From Octopus vulgaris (lineage: Eukaryota), in contig OX597815.1 in NCBI GenBank assembly GCA_951406725.2, positions 139,934,001 to 139,998,000 on the forward strand: 64,000 bases of DNA, given 5' to 3'. The notes beneath the pieces were generated by a model, which ran no database searches, had not been told where the DNA came from, and saw only the letters and a list, made by a program, of their open reading frames with translations. A program made the translations under genes and the position numbers. Positions 15,140 to 28,529 of the stretch are shown one piece after another (positions within the stretch are counted from its first letter, which is position 1; each line of letters begins with the position of its first letter).

Positions 15140-15700
15140 AGTTATTTTATCTCCTAAAAATTCTGACTGTCTTGCAATAAATTAAAAAAGTTCTTCATAT
15201 TATACCAGAGGCACTTAAAACATACTTAAGCACAGATTCAGTGTTCTGCAATAATGAAGAGGAGGTTCAGAACTATTCATTTGAATTCATAAACTCACTC
15301 ACTCTATCCGGTATGCCTCCTCATCGCTTCGATTTAAATATTGTAATACTAAGAAATCTTTCGATCAGTCAAGGATTATGTAATGGAACTTGCATGAAAG
15401 TGCAAAGACTTCATGAACATTGTGTAGAGGTATCATTGGTAACAGTTTCCTACAGAGGTCGTATATTTCTAATTTCCAGAATTAAACTTAGCTCAAGTGA
15501 TGCAAATATTCCATTCACACTAAACAGACTTCAGTTTCCATTTCGACTTGCATATTCAATGACAATTAATAAGACTCAAGAGCGAACATTTGAAAAGAGT
15601 TGAAATACATTTACCTCACCCCGGTATTTTCTCGTGGCCAATTATATGTCGCATTTTCAAGAGCACGAGCTATGAACAATGTCAAAGTAAGAGTTATGAC
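15140..15700 (+). mobile_element. Helitron Pif1-helicase fragment (frameshifted)
   Basis: SGMPPH, LRNL..GLCNGT, RLQFPFRLAYSMTINK, PVFSRGQLYVAFSR. Confidence 0.88.
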
Positions 15701-16349
15701 ACTCAATTGGGATAACAGACAAGGCCCAAAACATGGTGTGACATACACACAAAGTACTGTGAGGAAGACCACCGCACCAGCTAACATCACCGCCACACCA
15801 GCCGATCCACCATTATACATCCACATTACACTTTTAAGATCAGGGAGCCAGTTAGGAGCCCGCTGGATCTCTCTCGGCATACCAGCAAACTACAAAATCG
15901 CACTAGCCAGCATCACCGCTACCTCCAAGCACGTTATTGAAACTTCTTCACTGTTCTCGTTCTGTCAGCGTTTTGGCGTTTCAGTCGAGTGTATTGGCAT
16001 TGATGCGGCAACATTTGAAATGTTGTCGAGGTATATGTTGGCTGATGAAGATAAATCAAGTATATGTGTGCAGACATATCTTGAAAAATCTGAAACCGGT
16101 ATCACATTATCCCTTTCTAGGTATTTCATCTTTCAGATGTTCTCCCTAGAGGTAAGACAACTTTTTTCAAGTTTGTTGCACACACACGCATTTTTGCTAG
16201 TACATACGCGGTGAAGCTATACATTAGCGTCGTATTTATTACGTTCGCTATTTTCCAGTAAATATCGGTACTTCGTTGTACCATATATTTACTTCTATGT
16301 ATATATATATATATATACATATATACGTATTGTATGTATGTATGTATGT

Positions 16350-16565
16350 ACGCAGGTGTTTATGTCTGTCCCATCACCACCATTGCTTGACAACCGATGT
16401 TGGTGCGTTTGCGTCCCTGTAATTTAGCTGTTCAGCAGAAGAGACTGGTAGAATAAGCACCAGGCTTACAGGTAATAAGTCCAGGAGTAAATTTTTTCAA
16501 CTAAAGGGTGGTGTTTCAGCATGGTCACCGTCAAAATGACTGAAACAAGTAAAAGAATAAAAGAA
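16350..16565 (+). mobile_element. SINE family 1, degenerate 3' half
   Basis: ttgcttgacaaccgatg..tgactgaaacaagtaaaaga. Confidence 0.75.
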
Positions 16566-16742
16566 TACTAGAAGAACATTCCGTACCACTAAACCAAGAA
16601 GGTTCTTTGAATATGTACGATGTATTTTAAGGTTAAATAGTAATTCCGTTTGGTTTGTGTAACTGAGATATTTTGGTTGGATTATATAGCCATTGGTGTT
16701 ACATTACTTTCTATATTCTATAACTGTCACAATATACTTAAC

Positions 16743-16885
16743 GAGGCCTGACATTTTTGTGAGGATGGGGGCCAGTTGATTAGATCGACCCCAGTAGACA
16801 ACTGGTACTTAATTTATCGACCCCGAAAGGACAAAAGGTAAAGTCGATCTCGGCAGAATTTGAACTCAGAACGTAAAGACAGACG
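16743..16885 (-). mobile_element. SINE family 2
   Basis: Reverse complement of 16925-17070. Confidence 0.8.
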
Positions 16886-16904
16886 GTCATAATATGCAAA
16901 CACA

Positions 16905-17087
16905 GCGGGTGAAAGGCTTAGCAGTATTTCGTCTGTTGCTACGCTCAGAGTTCAAATTCCGCCGAGGTCGACTTTGCCATTAATCCTTTCGAGGTCGATA
17001 AATTAAGTACCAGTTGGGTACTGGGGTCGATGTAATCGACTTAATCCCTTCCCCCCAAATTTCAGGCCTTGTGCATATAGTAGAAAA

Positions 17088-17133
<46 letters not shown>
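16905..17133 (+). mobile_element. SINE family 2 with (ATT)n tail
   Basis: gagttcaaattcc B-box; gtcgactttgcc..tcctttcgaggtcgataaattaagtacc core, resembling the Meta/MESC domain from memory. Confidence 0.82.
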
Positions 17134-17510
17134 GACTTGACTCAGGCTCGTTCGTATTCCTCGTAGAATTTGTGTGGTTAGCTAGATACTACCTGTAATC
17201 TTAGGTATCCACAAGCTTTCAATAGTCTTTTAAATGCTTAAGACCCTCCTAATAATCTTTCCTGCCCTTAGAGGCAAACTTTCTGTAGAAGCTCTACAGA
17301 ACATTCTGTTTCAATCTCAATCAACCATTTGTCTATATCTTTGCTCAAAGTTCCAATGCTCCAATTATTACAAGCACAACCTTTACAATTTTCATACTCC
17401 AAATTCTTGCAATTTCAAATTTTGAGGGGTTGTATTTTTTATAAAAAAAAATTTCATCCCCTTTCTTTACAATTCTGGAATCAAACGGACATGATGAATC
17501 AATTAGCAAC
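17134..17510 (-). mobile_element. Degenerate Dong/R4-like subfamily D 3' end (not in ORF track)
   Basis: Manual minus-strand translation: LLIDSSCPFDSRI..FEIARIWSMK..VLVIIGAL..LLQKVCL..IIRRVLSI*; ends in (TAA)n. Confidence 0.78.
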
Positions 17511-18014
17511 TAATGGGTAAGGTGTAGTATCTGTAAGCCCACTCGAGACCTTAAAATACCAGGCTGGCGTCTGGCGGGATTAAGTATGCGTCATGGGGTG
17601 AGGGGGCTCCCTTTAGCCTTGGGCGGCAACCCCTATAGAGATGGTATCTTTTTATGGTGTTTTTCCATGAGCAGTCCTCGAACGTTTCCTCCCTATTGGG
17701 GATCACACACTATTGATTTTTAAAAAGTTTGTTAGTCTTTTTTACACGCAAAACCCTCACAACACGCATAACCCCCCCCCACACACACACACATTCTTTG
17801 TTTTGTCCTGTACTGTCCATAATAGTTTTCGTAATATAAACCCATGTGGTTAATAAAGAAATCATCATCATCATCCTTCTTCTTCTTCTTCTTCTTCTTC
17901 TTCTTCTTCTTCTTCTTCTTCTTCTTCTTCTTCTTCTTCTTCTTCTTCTTCTTCTTCTTCTTCTTCTTCTTCTTCTTCTTCTTCTTCTTCTTCTTCTTCT
18001 TCTTCTTCTTCTTC

Positions 18015-18163
18015 TGTGCGCTAAGTAGCTTGCTAACCAACCACATGGTTCCGGGTTCGGTCCCACTGCGTGGCATCTTGGGCAAGTGTCTTCTGCTATA
18101 GCCCCGGGCCGACCAATGCCTTGTGAGTGGATTTGGTAGACGGAAACTGAAAGAAGCCTGTCG

Positions 18164-18198
<35 letters not shown>

Positions 18199-18407
18199 TT
18201 GTTTGTCTGTGTTTGTCCCCCTAGCATTGCTTGACAACCGATGCTGGTGTGTTTACGTCCCCGTCACTTAACGGTTCGGCAAAAGAGACCGATAGAATAA
18301 GTACTGGGCTTACAAAGAATAAGTCCCAGGGTCGATTTGCTCGACTAAAGGCGGTGCTCCAGCATGGCCGCAGTCAAATGACTGAAACAATAAAAGAGTA
18401 AAAGAGT
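18015..18407 (+). mobile_element. SINE family 1, preceded by (CTT)n at 17876-18015
   Basis: Near-intact copy. Confidence 0.88.
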
Positions 18408-18451
18408 ATTATTATCATTATTATTATTATTATTATTATAATTATATATTA

Positions 18452-18677
18452 AGGTGGCGAGCTGGCAGAATCGTTAGCACGCCGGGATAAATGCTTGGCG
18501 GCATTTTGTTTGTCCTTACGTTCTGAATTCAAATTCCGCCGAAGTCGACTTTGCCTTTCAAATGTTCGGGGTCGATAAGATAAGTACCAGTTGAGTACTG
18601 GAGTCTATGTAATTGACAAGCTTCGCCCCCAACCAAAAATTTCAGGCCTTGTTCCTATAGTAGAAAGGATTATTATT
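18452..18677 (+). mobile_element. SINE family 2, full length
   Basis: ggtggcgagctggcagaatcgttagc head through ggattattatt tail. Confidence 0.85.
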
Positions 18678-19199
18678 GTTACTTCCTCAACTTCATGGTT
18701 TTTAAAAAAATATTTTGATAAATGCACTTCGTAGTATTTCTCCTTTGACTCCACATTGAAAGAAAATACATCTGGAACATAGTGGAGTGCGTATCGCCTG
18801 CCTCACACAGTGCTTCTCAAAAGGTGATTCGCAAAGGTTATCTGGGGTAGCTATGGATTCTTAATCATGTAGTTAAAAGTTTTACATAATTCATATTGAT
18901 GTTTGAAAAAATAAAAAATAAAACCCCGAAAATTTGTTATTCATAATTATGTTATACGTAACTGTGATTAAAAAGCAACGTAAGCAAATGTTTCTTTTTC
19001 TTTATTTTTGTTTTCTAAATTATCAAATTAGAATTTTTTTCTTTTACTTTCCGTACGTAGTGTACCGGAAGTATTTTGTTTGATCTCTAGTGTACCGTGA
19101 AGTCAAAAAGTATACATTTATATAAGTTGAATTAATTTTTGTTTTCGTGTATGGTCAACTGCTTCCAAACCCCACCAGTCAAAGGTAAATTTTCTCTGA

Positions 19200-20192
19200 C
19201 AGGAAGAAGAATGTTTGGCGGTATGCGACTAGCTCTTCCTGTTCTAAGTTCAGTTCTTGCCACGATCAACGTTCCCTTTCAACTTTTCGGGATCGATAAA
19301 ATAAACAGCCATTCGAATACTGGGGCCGATGTAATCGACTTACCCCATTTTCCTCTCATCTCAAAATTTGAAACAGTTATTAATAATAATTCTTGCTAAT
19401 TTTGGCTCAAGGCCAGCAATTTTGAAGGTAGTGGATAGTCGATTACATCGATTCCAGTACTTGTTTGGTGATGTATTTTATCGATTTCGAAAAAATGAAA
19501 GGCAGAGTTAACCTCGGCGGAATTTGAACTGAAAGCGTAAAATACTGGAAGAAATCTCGCTAAGCCTTTTTGTCCGGCTCGCTAACGATTCTGCCAGTTT
19601 GAGATACCTATGTCATCACTTACTTTCTGCTTTTTCAGTTCCTAATGTTACTATGCCTTGTCATTATAGTAGGTATCTATTTCGGAGTTCAAATTCCGCA
19701 GAGGTTGACTTTGCCTTTCATTCTTTCGAGGTCGATAAATTAAGTACCAATGGATCACTGGGTCGATGTAATAGACTAATCCCCTCCCCACAAATTTTAG
19801 GCCTTGTGCCTTTAGTAGAAAGGATTATTATTAGTATTTATATCGATGGCGGCGAGCTGGCAGAATCGTTAGCACCCCGCGCAAAATGCTTAGCGGTATT
19901 TCGCCTGTCGCTACTCTCTGACTTCAAATTCCACCGAGGTCCAACCTTGCTTTAGTAGAAAAACACAAGGCCAGAAATTATTATAGTATTTATATAAAAG
20001 ACGGCGAACTGGCTGAATCGTTAACACTCCGACCAAAATGCTTTGCTGCTTTGTCAAATCTGCCCAGATCCACTTTGTCTATCATCGTTTCGGGGTCGAT
20101 AAAATAAGTACGAGTTGAGTACTGGGGTCGATGTAATCGACTTAAGCTCCTTCTCCGAAATCGACTTTGTTGAGTCAAACTTTGAAACCATT
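19200..20192. mobile_element. Cluster of five SINE family 2 copies/fragments in both orientations
   Basis: +19200-19385, -19398-19598, +19675-19832, +19847-19952, +20000-20192. Confidence 0.75.
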
Positions 20193-20771
20193 ATTAGTAT
20201 TTACATATGTATTTTATCTGTATTAGTACTTATATATAGTATTTTTGAGCAGTGCTACCTATAAGTTTGTTCAAGAACTACGCCTACTTCATTCGTTGTC
20301 ATGGCAACTATGACAAGGCGCCATTACTCTACCAATCAGCTGTAAGTTCTCTACTTTGTCTCTGTGTATTTGAAAACTGCAAACAAAACACCAGCCTGTC
20401 GAACGCTTTCAAGAGGCTCTTAAGTTAGCCAAACAAGCCCACCAATTTGCCTGTAAGCTCCTCTCCTACCTTCGTGACAAGAACCTTAATGGAGGGACGC
20501 AACCATAATACAGGCAACCTAATGAAGGGAAAAGAAAGTCTGAAAATGTCTGCAGATGTCATGGACAGCGCAAGCTACAGTAAGGGAACCCGTTCAGGAG
20601 AGAAGTAATTCTGAATAAAGCTGATGTAATGTAGAGAGGACATTTTAGTCGTGACGAACAGTCTTTCTATCTCTCTCTCTCTTTCTCTTTCTCTCTCTCT
20701 GATTGAGGTTGTTGGCATGACAAAATGTACCCATTTTGCAAAGAAGTTGATAAAAGAACGGCCAAATCATG

Positions 20772-21110
20772 CTCTTTTATCTCTTTTACTTGTTTCAGTC
20801 ATTTGACTGCAGCCATACTGGAGCACCGCCTTTAGTCGAGCAAATCGACCCCAGGACTTATTCTTTGGAAGCCTAGTACTTATTCTGTCATAAACACACC
20901 AGCATCGGTTGTCAAGCGATGTTGGGGGGGACAAACACAGACACAAACATATACCCACACACACATATATATACATATATACGACAGGCTTCTTTCAGTT
21001 TCCGTCTACCAAATCCACTCACAAGACCTTGGTCAGCCCGAGGCTATAGTAGAAGACACTTGCCCACAGTGCCATGCAGTGGGAATGAACCCGCAACCAT
21101 GTGGTTGGTA
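20772..21110 (-). mobile_element. SINE family 1 with internal deletion
   Basis: Matches other copies. Confidence 0.85.
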
Positions 21111-21700
21111 AACAGAAAAAAGATTGCAAACAACACATCAACTATTGAAAACCATACTTCTTTTCGTTTTAGCTATAGAACCTCAGGAATGCAACTATCA
21201 ACATAAATACAATGGAAGGTAGGTCTGGAAAGATTGTAGAGATGTTGGAGCGTAGGTTGTTCAAAGCTCTCGAGATTGTGCGGTGCAGATGATCAAGTTA
21301 TGTTCAATTAACTTCAAGAAACCTAACCACCTGATCACTATCAATGAGCCAAATGCACTTGCCAGATTAGTTGCCAAATGCACTTGCCATAGTTACATCA
21401 AGAAATAGGAATGACAAACTGTCGAAGAGTCAAAACTTTTCTCTAGTGCTAATCAACATAGATTAGTGATTAATACTTCCTATTGATCCTGGAAGGATGA
21501 AAAGCAAAGTCCCTCTCGACAGGATTTGAACTTAGAGCGCAGAGAATTGGAACAAATACTGTAGGGTATTCTGTCCATCACTCTAACGACTCTACCAATT
21601 CGCCGGCTTCACGTCGGAGAATGAGTGGAATAATTCCAAACTTAGAAGAAGCAAATACTAGAAACGGAAGGACTAGAGAAGACACAAATTTTAGTCAACA

Positions 21701-21764
21701 GGAAAGAAGACAGAATCCTCCTGCTACCAGGAAAGAAGACAGAATCCTCCTGCTACCAGGAAAG
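21701..21764. repeat. 29-bp tandem duplication
   Basis: ggaaagaagacagaatcctcctgctacca x2 + ggaaag. Confidence 0.9.
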
Positions 21765-21989
21765 CATCCATGTTTTGTATTGAGAAATGCAATTGGTAGA
21801 CATTCCGCTCGACATATACAATGCGAACTATATGTGCACAAGAAATGTAGCTGTATCAGGTGGCAGGGAAAGTATAATTCGTACATGGCAGATGTACATG
21901 GGTAGGTAGCATTAGACGTACAAGGGTAATAGTATCATTGAAAAGCTTAAAAGGCTCTATTGAAGTAGACGATAGCTTTTAATGTAAAG

Positions 21990-22490
21990 GGTGACTTAGC
22001 GTCGGAGAAGGATACTCTGAAAACATAGCCACAGTAAGGACAGGATGGAAAAGTTTAGGGAGCTATTACTTCTGTTTGAAATAGAAGGATTCTTTCTTTG
22101 AGGGAAGAATAGATTGTATGATGCTTGTGTATGTGAAATGTTGCATGGTAGTGAAACATAAACATTGAATACATTGATGTGTGAAAGCTTGAAAGAGCAT
22201 ACTGTCATATGTGTAGTGTCAATGTGAATGAACGACAAAGCATGAATGAATTGAAAGGAAAAAAAACTGGGTATATATAAGTGGAGTGAGATGAAGTGTG
22301 CAAGAGGGAAGACTGAGATGGTGTGAGTTGTGCATGGAAAATGATGGTTGGATAAAAAAAAGAAAGAAAAGGAGTGGCAAGTGATCCAAGTGGAAAGAAT
22401 AAATAGAAGCAGAATACTAAGGAAGAGATGGAAGTTGATATCAGGATACTGAATTTGGTAAAAGAGATGTCAAGCGACCACAACAAATAA
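21990..22490 (+). mobile_element. Highly degenerate RTE-type LINE fragment
   Basis: GW.KFRELL..RLYDACV..MLHGSET remnants. Confidence 0.55.
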
Positions 22491-22550
22491 GATCTGTCAA
22501 ATTAATAATGCAAAATAAGAAAAACAGATGCTGTTGTTGCTGCTGTTTAT

Positions 22551-22585
<35 letters not shown>

Positions 22586-22724
22586 CTAGTATGTACTTAT
22601 TTGAAAAATAAGGCGAAGCACAAACTAAATTAAAAACTCTACACTTTAGAAGTAAATTAGATATATGCATACACATGCACACACGCGCTCACACACATAT
22701 GCATATGTGTGTGTTTATACGTGT

Positions 22725-22755
<31 letters not shown>

Positions 22756-23997
22756 ATTACACACACACAAACACACACACACATATATATATATATATAG
22801 TTATATATAAAGGTTGACAAATTTGTTTCTTTATTATATTAAATTCCCCATCTCATATAATTTTCATTACTTCGACTAAATTTTAATAATCTCTACCTTA
22901 TTGATTACTTTTATGGCCATCCCTCTTATTTTGCCTTTTCTCACACCATACCAATGTACATTAATTGAATTTAATAATATTCTTTCGAAACCTAAAGTTT
23001 GCTTTCCAATTTCTAATTCAACGAATACAAAGTTTGGTCTTTTATCCTAATTTGTTTTCCTTTCACATTAGCTACGGTAGGTTAAACAAATATAATAATA
23101 TTCTTATGCTACCTAAAGGGCCATTTACCGTTTCGTGTAAATCACTCTATTTTATCACCTACAACTATATTTAAACCATTTATCACCACACATTCAAAAA
23201 TTTGCTTTTGTTTCGAACATTACCCCGCAAACTATCGGAATTATTCAACCATTCGAATTTTATGAGTATTTACGGTTCATATGTTTGCATAAGTTACTTC
23301 CCTTATCAATCCAAAGTCGTTCAAGTACATTAACAAAATACAGATAATGGAGTAAGATCTTTCTAGCTATCGCACAATAATGCATGCCGTGTTCATGTTT
23401 CACTACCATGCAGCATTGCACGTCGTGTACAAAGATCACACAATCTACTAGGAGATTGTATGGTTCTTGTATACAGGGAGAGGATTCCCTTGATTCCATT
23501 TGAGATAGACCCCTAAACATTTTCCGTCCCATTCTACTCTAGTTGATATATTTTCAGAACATTATTCTTCATCCTTTTAAATTTTATGAGCATAGCCAAT
23601 TTCCTTGGCTTTAAACTTTTATCTAATATAGTATTTAACGGTTTAAATTTCACATTTTACACCCCACTCTTCTCTGAACATAATCCTTTCATTGCTTCAC
23701 TTTAATATTTCTACGAACGTAAAGGTCGACAATGAAAATGAGTGCTCAACACCACATTGATGGATAATGATTCTTTATTTGAGTATTAAGGCTATGATTG
23801 GTTTCATGTTAAGAAAATATCTTGATATCTTAACAATTTTTCAAGCCGATCACATGGAGGAAAGATGTTCGCCACCATTTTAGATTAAACATGTTTTAAT
23901 CCATTCCTGCATGTGGAAGGCTTGAAAAATTAAGATATTAAGAAATTTTCTTAACATGACACCAATGGTAGCCTTTACAGAGAAATATAAATATGTG

Positions 23998-24050
<53 letters not shown>

Positions 24051-24055
24051 ACACA

Positions 24056-24093
<38 letters not shown>

Positions 24094-24249
24094 TATATAT
24101 ATATAAACAACTAATATATTTTTACAAAACCCCGAAAATTTCAAACTTCGAAGGAAACTTTCTATGTGTTCTCTCTCCTGATTATGAAGGAGCTCGTTTT
24201 TAAAAATGATACAAAACTCCATCGTTGAAAAGCAGATAACAAAGCAAAC

Positions 24250-24538
24250 TCCCATTTTAACTTGAGAAAATTCTTGCATAGTTTTACTGTTCCACTTAGA
24301 AATTGAATTTATAATGTGCGGATCAGTTGGTTGATTTCTTTTCCTGAAAATTCAAGCTTATCTGGTCTGTCAATGAGACATTTACTCAGAAAACCGAGTT
24401 CACCAATAATTATTAGTATAAATAAATGTGAATTTATAATCTGGATATGGAAGCTGGGGGTTTCGAATCAGTTGTCCATAGTCATACTCTTTCTCCTTGA
24501 TTTTCAAAGAAATAATCTCATCAGTGAGACAGCTGACA
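24250..24538 (-). mobile_element. Degenerate RLE non-LTR 3' end, second family (related to 63265-63512)
   Basis: VSCLTDEIISLKIKEKEYDYGQLIRNPQLPYPDYKF..IIIGELG..SGTVKLCKNFLK. Confidence 0.7.
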
Positions 24539-24561
24539 ACAACAACAACAACAACAACAAC

Positions 24562-24600
<39 letters not shown>

Positions 24601-24601
<1 letters not shown>

Positions 24602-27600
24602 TGACAACAGAAATGAACGGACCGGTACCCTACGAAAATGACGACCGACAAAATAATGGGCTGGACGTTGTTCCTCATGTCCCGCAAATAAAACCCAAAA
24701 GATATAAATGAACACATGAGGAATACATTTCTATCCTACACGCTTACTTCACAGCAGTGCTCTACCCAAAAAAGGAAAACGCAACAACACATAAAATATG
24801 GAAGGAAAATAACATAAATATAGACTTGGATACAGCAATGAACCCTAATAAACTAGCTAACGTACGAAGATATATTCTCAACGCAAAAAAAATATCAGAA
24901 ATAGAAATAGAACATCTAAAAGAAAAAATATACCAGGAAAATGTAGATAGAAGCCACACAACAATGCCCAACAATATAAACACTGAAACAGTAAAATACG
25001 AAGACAAACGTAACATTCCCAACAAACACGATGTAAACAAAAAACAAGAAACCCAGACCGTAAGGATGCATAATAATACACGACAAACAGCAAGCCAAAA
25101 CACGACAAACAAACATACAAATGAGAACGAAAGCGACACAAATCTAAAACCTGGAAACAACGAAGGGGAGCCTAATGATTATGATAATATAAAAAGTAGA
25201 ATAATCAAAGAACTGAAAACCACACAGCTCAAAATGGACCACCGACCAAAAATCAAAATAGACGAAACAACAACACCAATTATAAACAGCATAAACCTAG
25301 CCGTCACGGAACTAATAGCCACTGAAACAAAAAGCGATATCACTGAGCTAAATGACTTAGTATATGCAGCAGCCACTGCAGCCACAAAAGAAGCTGGATA
25401 CTCACTCAAACCCATCCAAACAAGAGTACCACCACCCAAACAAACCCTGTGGATAAATAACATCCAAAACAAAATACAAAAATGAGAAAAGATCTGTCGA
25501 TTCTTAATGAAATCAGTAGACAATCAACGCTACTGAGCAACAAAAAGAAAACAAAAATACTCCGCAAATGTAACATCAGAGAAAAAGATTTACCTGAGAT
25601 AAAAGAAAAGCTAAAGCAAGATATCCTTACCAAAGCACAAAGGATCCGCCGGTACGAGAAACGCCAGCGCTTCTTTGAACAAAACAAAAAGTTCAACTCC
25701 AACCCCAAAAAGTTCTACCAAGAACTTGGCAAAAATAAAATAGAAATCACTGCAGCACCAACGGCAGAAGAAGTGGAAGAATTCTGGAAAGAAATATGGT
25801 CGGCGAACGAACAACCAAAAAAAGGAGTACTAAAACAACAAACTCAGCATCTGAGCAACTTTGGACCCCCATAACAACTGAAGAGGTCACTCAGGCACTG
25901 CAAAGACTAAGCAACTGGAAGGCACCTGGGCATGACAAGATCCCCAACTTCTGGTTGAAATATCTAACAGGAATGCACAAAAAGCTGGCTGAAAACTTTA
26001 ACAACATACTAGCAGAGCCAGAGACAATGCCTGAATAGCTCACGAAGGGGAAAACCATCTTAATTCCCAAATCAAATGAAACAGCAAAACCAGAAAACTA
26101 CAGATTAATAACCTGTCTCCCTACAATGTACAAGGCATTTACTGCAGTGATATCGCAAAGGTTGTACAAGCACCTGGACGATAACAATCTGTTTCCAGAA
26201 GAGCAGAAAGGATGCCGCAAAGGCTCATATGGCTGTAAAGATCAACTAAAACTATATGCTGCAATGACAAACAGCTGGAAACACTATTAAAGACAGTTCG
26301 TGGATTTACCAAAGAAATAGATATGAAATTTGGATTAGAAAAATGCGCCAAAGTAACCCTGAAAAGAGGAAAACTAGTTAAGAGTAGCAACATCACACTA
26401 GATAAAACCAATGAAATAAAAGAATTAGACCAAAGCCAAACTTACAAATACTTAGGAATCCATGAACTAGATAAGACACAACACACACAAATGAAAGAGA
26501 AAATAAAAAAAGAATATTATAGAAGAGTTAGATCAATACTAAAAACAGAGCTCAATGCTAAAAACAATATAATAGGTATTAACACTTTAGCTAACCCAGT
26601 TATAAGTTACAGCTACAATATCCTTAACTGGACACTAAATGAACTGACCCAAATAGATAGGAAAACAAGAAAAATAATGACAGGATCTAGGATGCATCAC
26701 CCAAAATCTGACATAGAAAGACTATATATACAACGTATAGAAAGTGGTAGAGGCCTTATACAGCTGGAAAACTACTATAAAATAACCACCATAGGACTGC
26801 AAAAATATCTACTTCAGAAGGAAGGAAAACTGATACAAATAGCGGCAAAACACGAGTAAAACAAAAAACTGTTCTCAGTATTTAAGGAAGCCGACAAATA
26901 CAAACAAGAAATCATACCACCTAATAAATATGAAGAAGAAGAAGAAGATGAAGAAACAACAAAAGCTATAAAACAAATGAAATCCAAACTAAAACTAGAA
27001 CAGCAAAGAACCATGATAAAACGATGGCAAGAAAAGCCCCTTCATGGTAAATACTGGACTAAACTAAATACAAAAGAAATAGACAAAGAAAAAATTCCAG
27101 CAATGGTTGAGAAGCTCAGGACTCAAAGCAGAGACAGAGGGATTCTTAATTACAGCACAAGACCAAAGCCTCCCCACCAGAAATTACCAAAAACATGTAA
27201 TGAAAAGAAATATAACAAGTAACTGCAGAATATGTGGAGATGGACAAGAAACAATAAATCATATTATCTCTAGCTGCCCAGTCCTGGCTAAGAAGGAATA
27301 TATTCACAGACATGACAGAGTTGGAACCTACATACACTGGAAGCTATGCCAACATTATGGAATAACAACAGAAAAAAGATGGTATAGGCATACACCAGAA
27401 AAGGTCACAGAAAACGAGAAAGCAACCATACTCTGGGATATGCCGAGAAATTAAGGCCAACAGACCAGATATAGTTGTCAGAGATCATGAAGAAAAAAAA
27501 TGCTTTCTAATTGATGTATCAATACCGGCAGATGACAACGTGTCTCTAAAAGAAATGGAGAAACTTTCAAAATACAAAGACCTGGAAATAGAGGTAACCA

Positions 27601-27878
27601 GAATGTGGAATCTAAAAACAGAAACAATTCCTATCATAGTAGGTGCATTAGGCATGATAAAAAAATATTCAGACAAATACATAACAAAATCACCAGGACT
27701 TACAAACACATATAACATACAGAAAATTGCACTACTAGGCACTGCACACATCCTACGCAGAACACTTTCCATACAATAACCATCAGAGCATCAAAACAAA
27801 TCACAGCTCATACCCAAGGCACACAGAGCTGCGTTCGGTAGTGAAGTAAAAGCACGCTATAAAAATAAAACTACTGAA
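24601..27878 (+). mobile_element. Near full-length, disabled Dong/R4-like subfamily B (Myb-like N-term, RT with core deletion, CCHC, RLE)
   Basis: RYK*THEEY..AYF..IW..KLANVRRYI; WKAPGHDKIPNFWLK; EEQKGCRKGSYGCKDQL; KFGLEKC; YKYLG; GRGL; RLE motifs; several stops/frameshifts; starts after (AAC)n(AAT)n and ends in (AAT)n. Confidence 0.92.
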
Positions 27879-27880
27879 TG

Positions 27881-27951
<71 letters not shown>

Positions 27952-27957
<6 letters not shown>

Positions 27958-28403
27958 CATCCCCTGTGATCATAATATCTCGGCGAAAGAATTTGACAAG
28001 CTCAGAAAATATAAAGACTTGCTCATTGAGAAAATGTGGCATCTCAAGGCGGTTACAATACTAGTGATCGTAAGAGCACTAGGAATGATCAAGAAGGGAA
28101 CCGAAAATTATATGAGAATGATCCTTGGCTTACCATCCCTGCAAGAAGTGCAAAAGATTGTCTTAACTGGTACATCACACGTATTGAGAAGAGCATAGTC
28201 GATGTGAGAACTATTACTACCCATGTATTTTAATTTAACTTTATTTCTATAAAAAAAAAAAATAAAAGAAATGAACGAACTAGTGAGTTTAGTTTAATGG
28301 CCTACCAATGTATACAATTAGTTTCTTTGCTCTAGGAGTCGGGAAGACACTCGGCAAGAAATGGAAGCAAATTTGAAAGAAGAAGAAAAACCCATAAACA
28401 GCA
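27952..28403 (+). mobile_element. Short Dong/R4-like subfamily A 3' end
   Basis: Near-identical to reverse complement of 1181-1614; (AAT)n on both sides. Confidence 0.9.
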
Positions 28404-28405
28404 AC

Positions 28406-28485
<80 letters not shown>

Positions 28486-28529
28486 TGATGATGATGATGA
28501 GGATGATGATGATATGAATAAAGAAAAAA

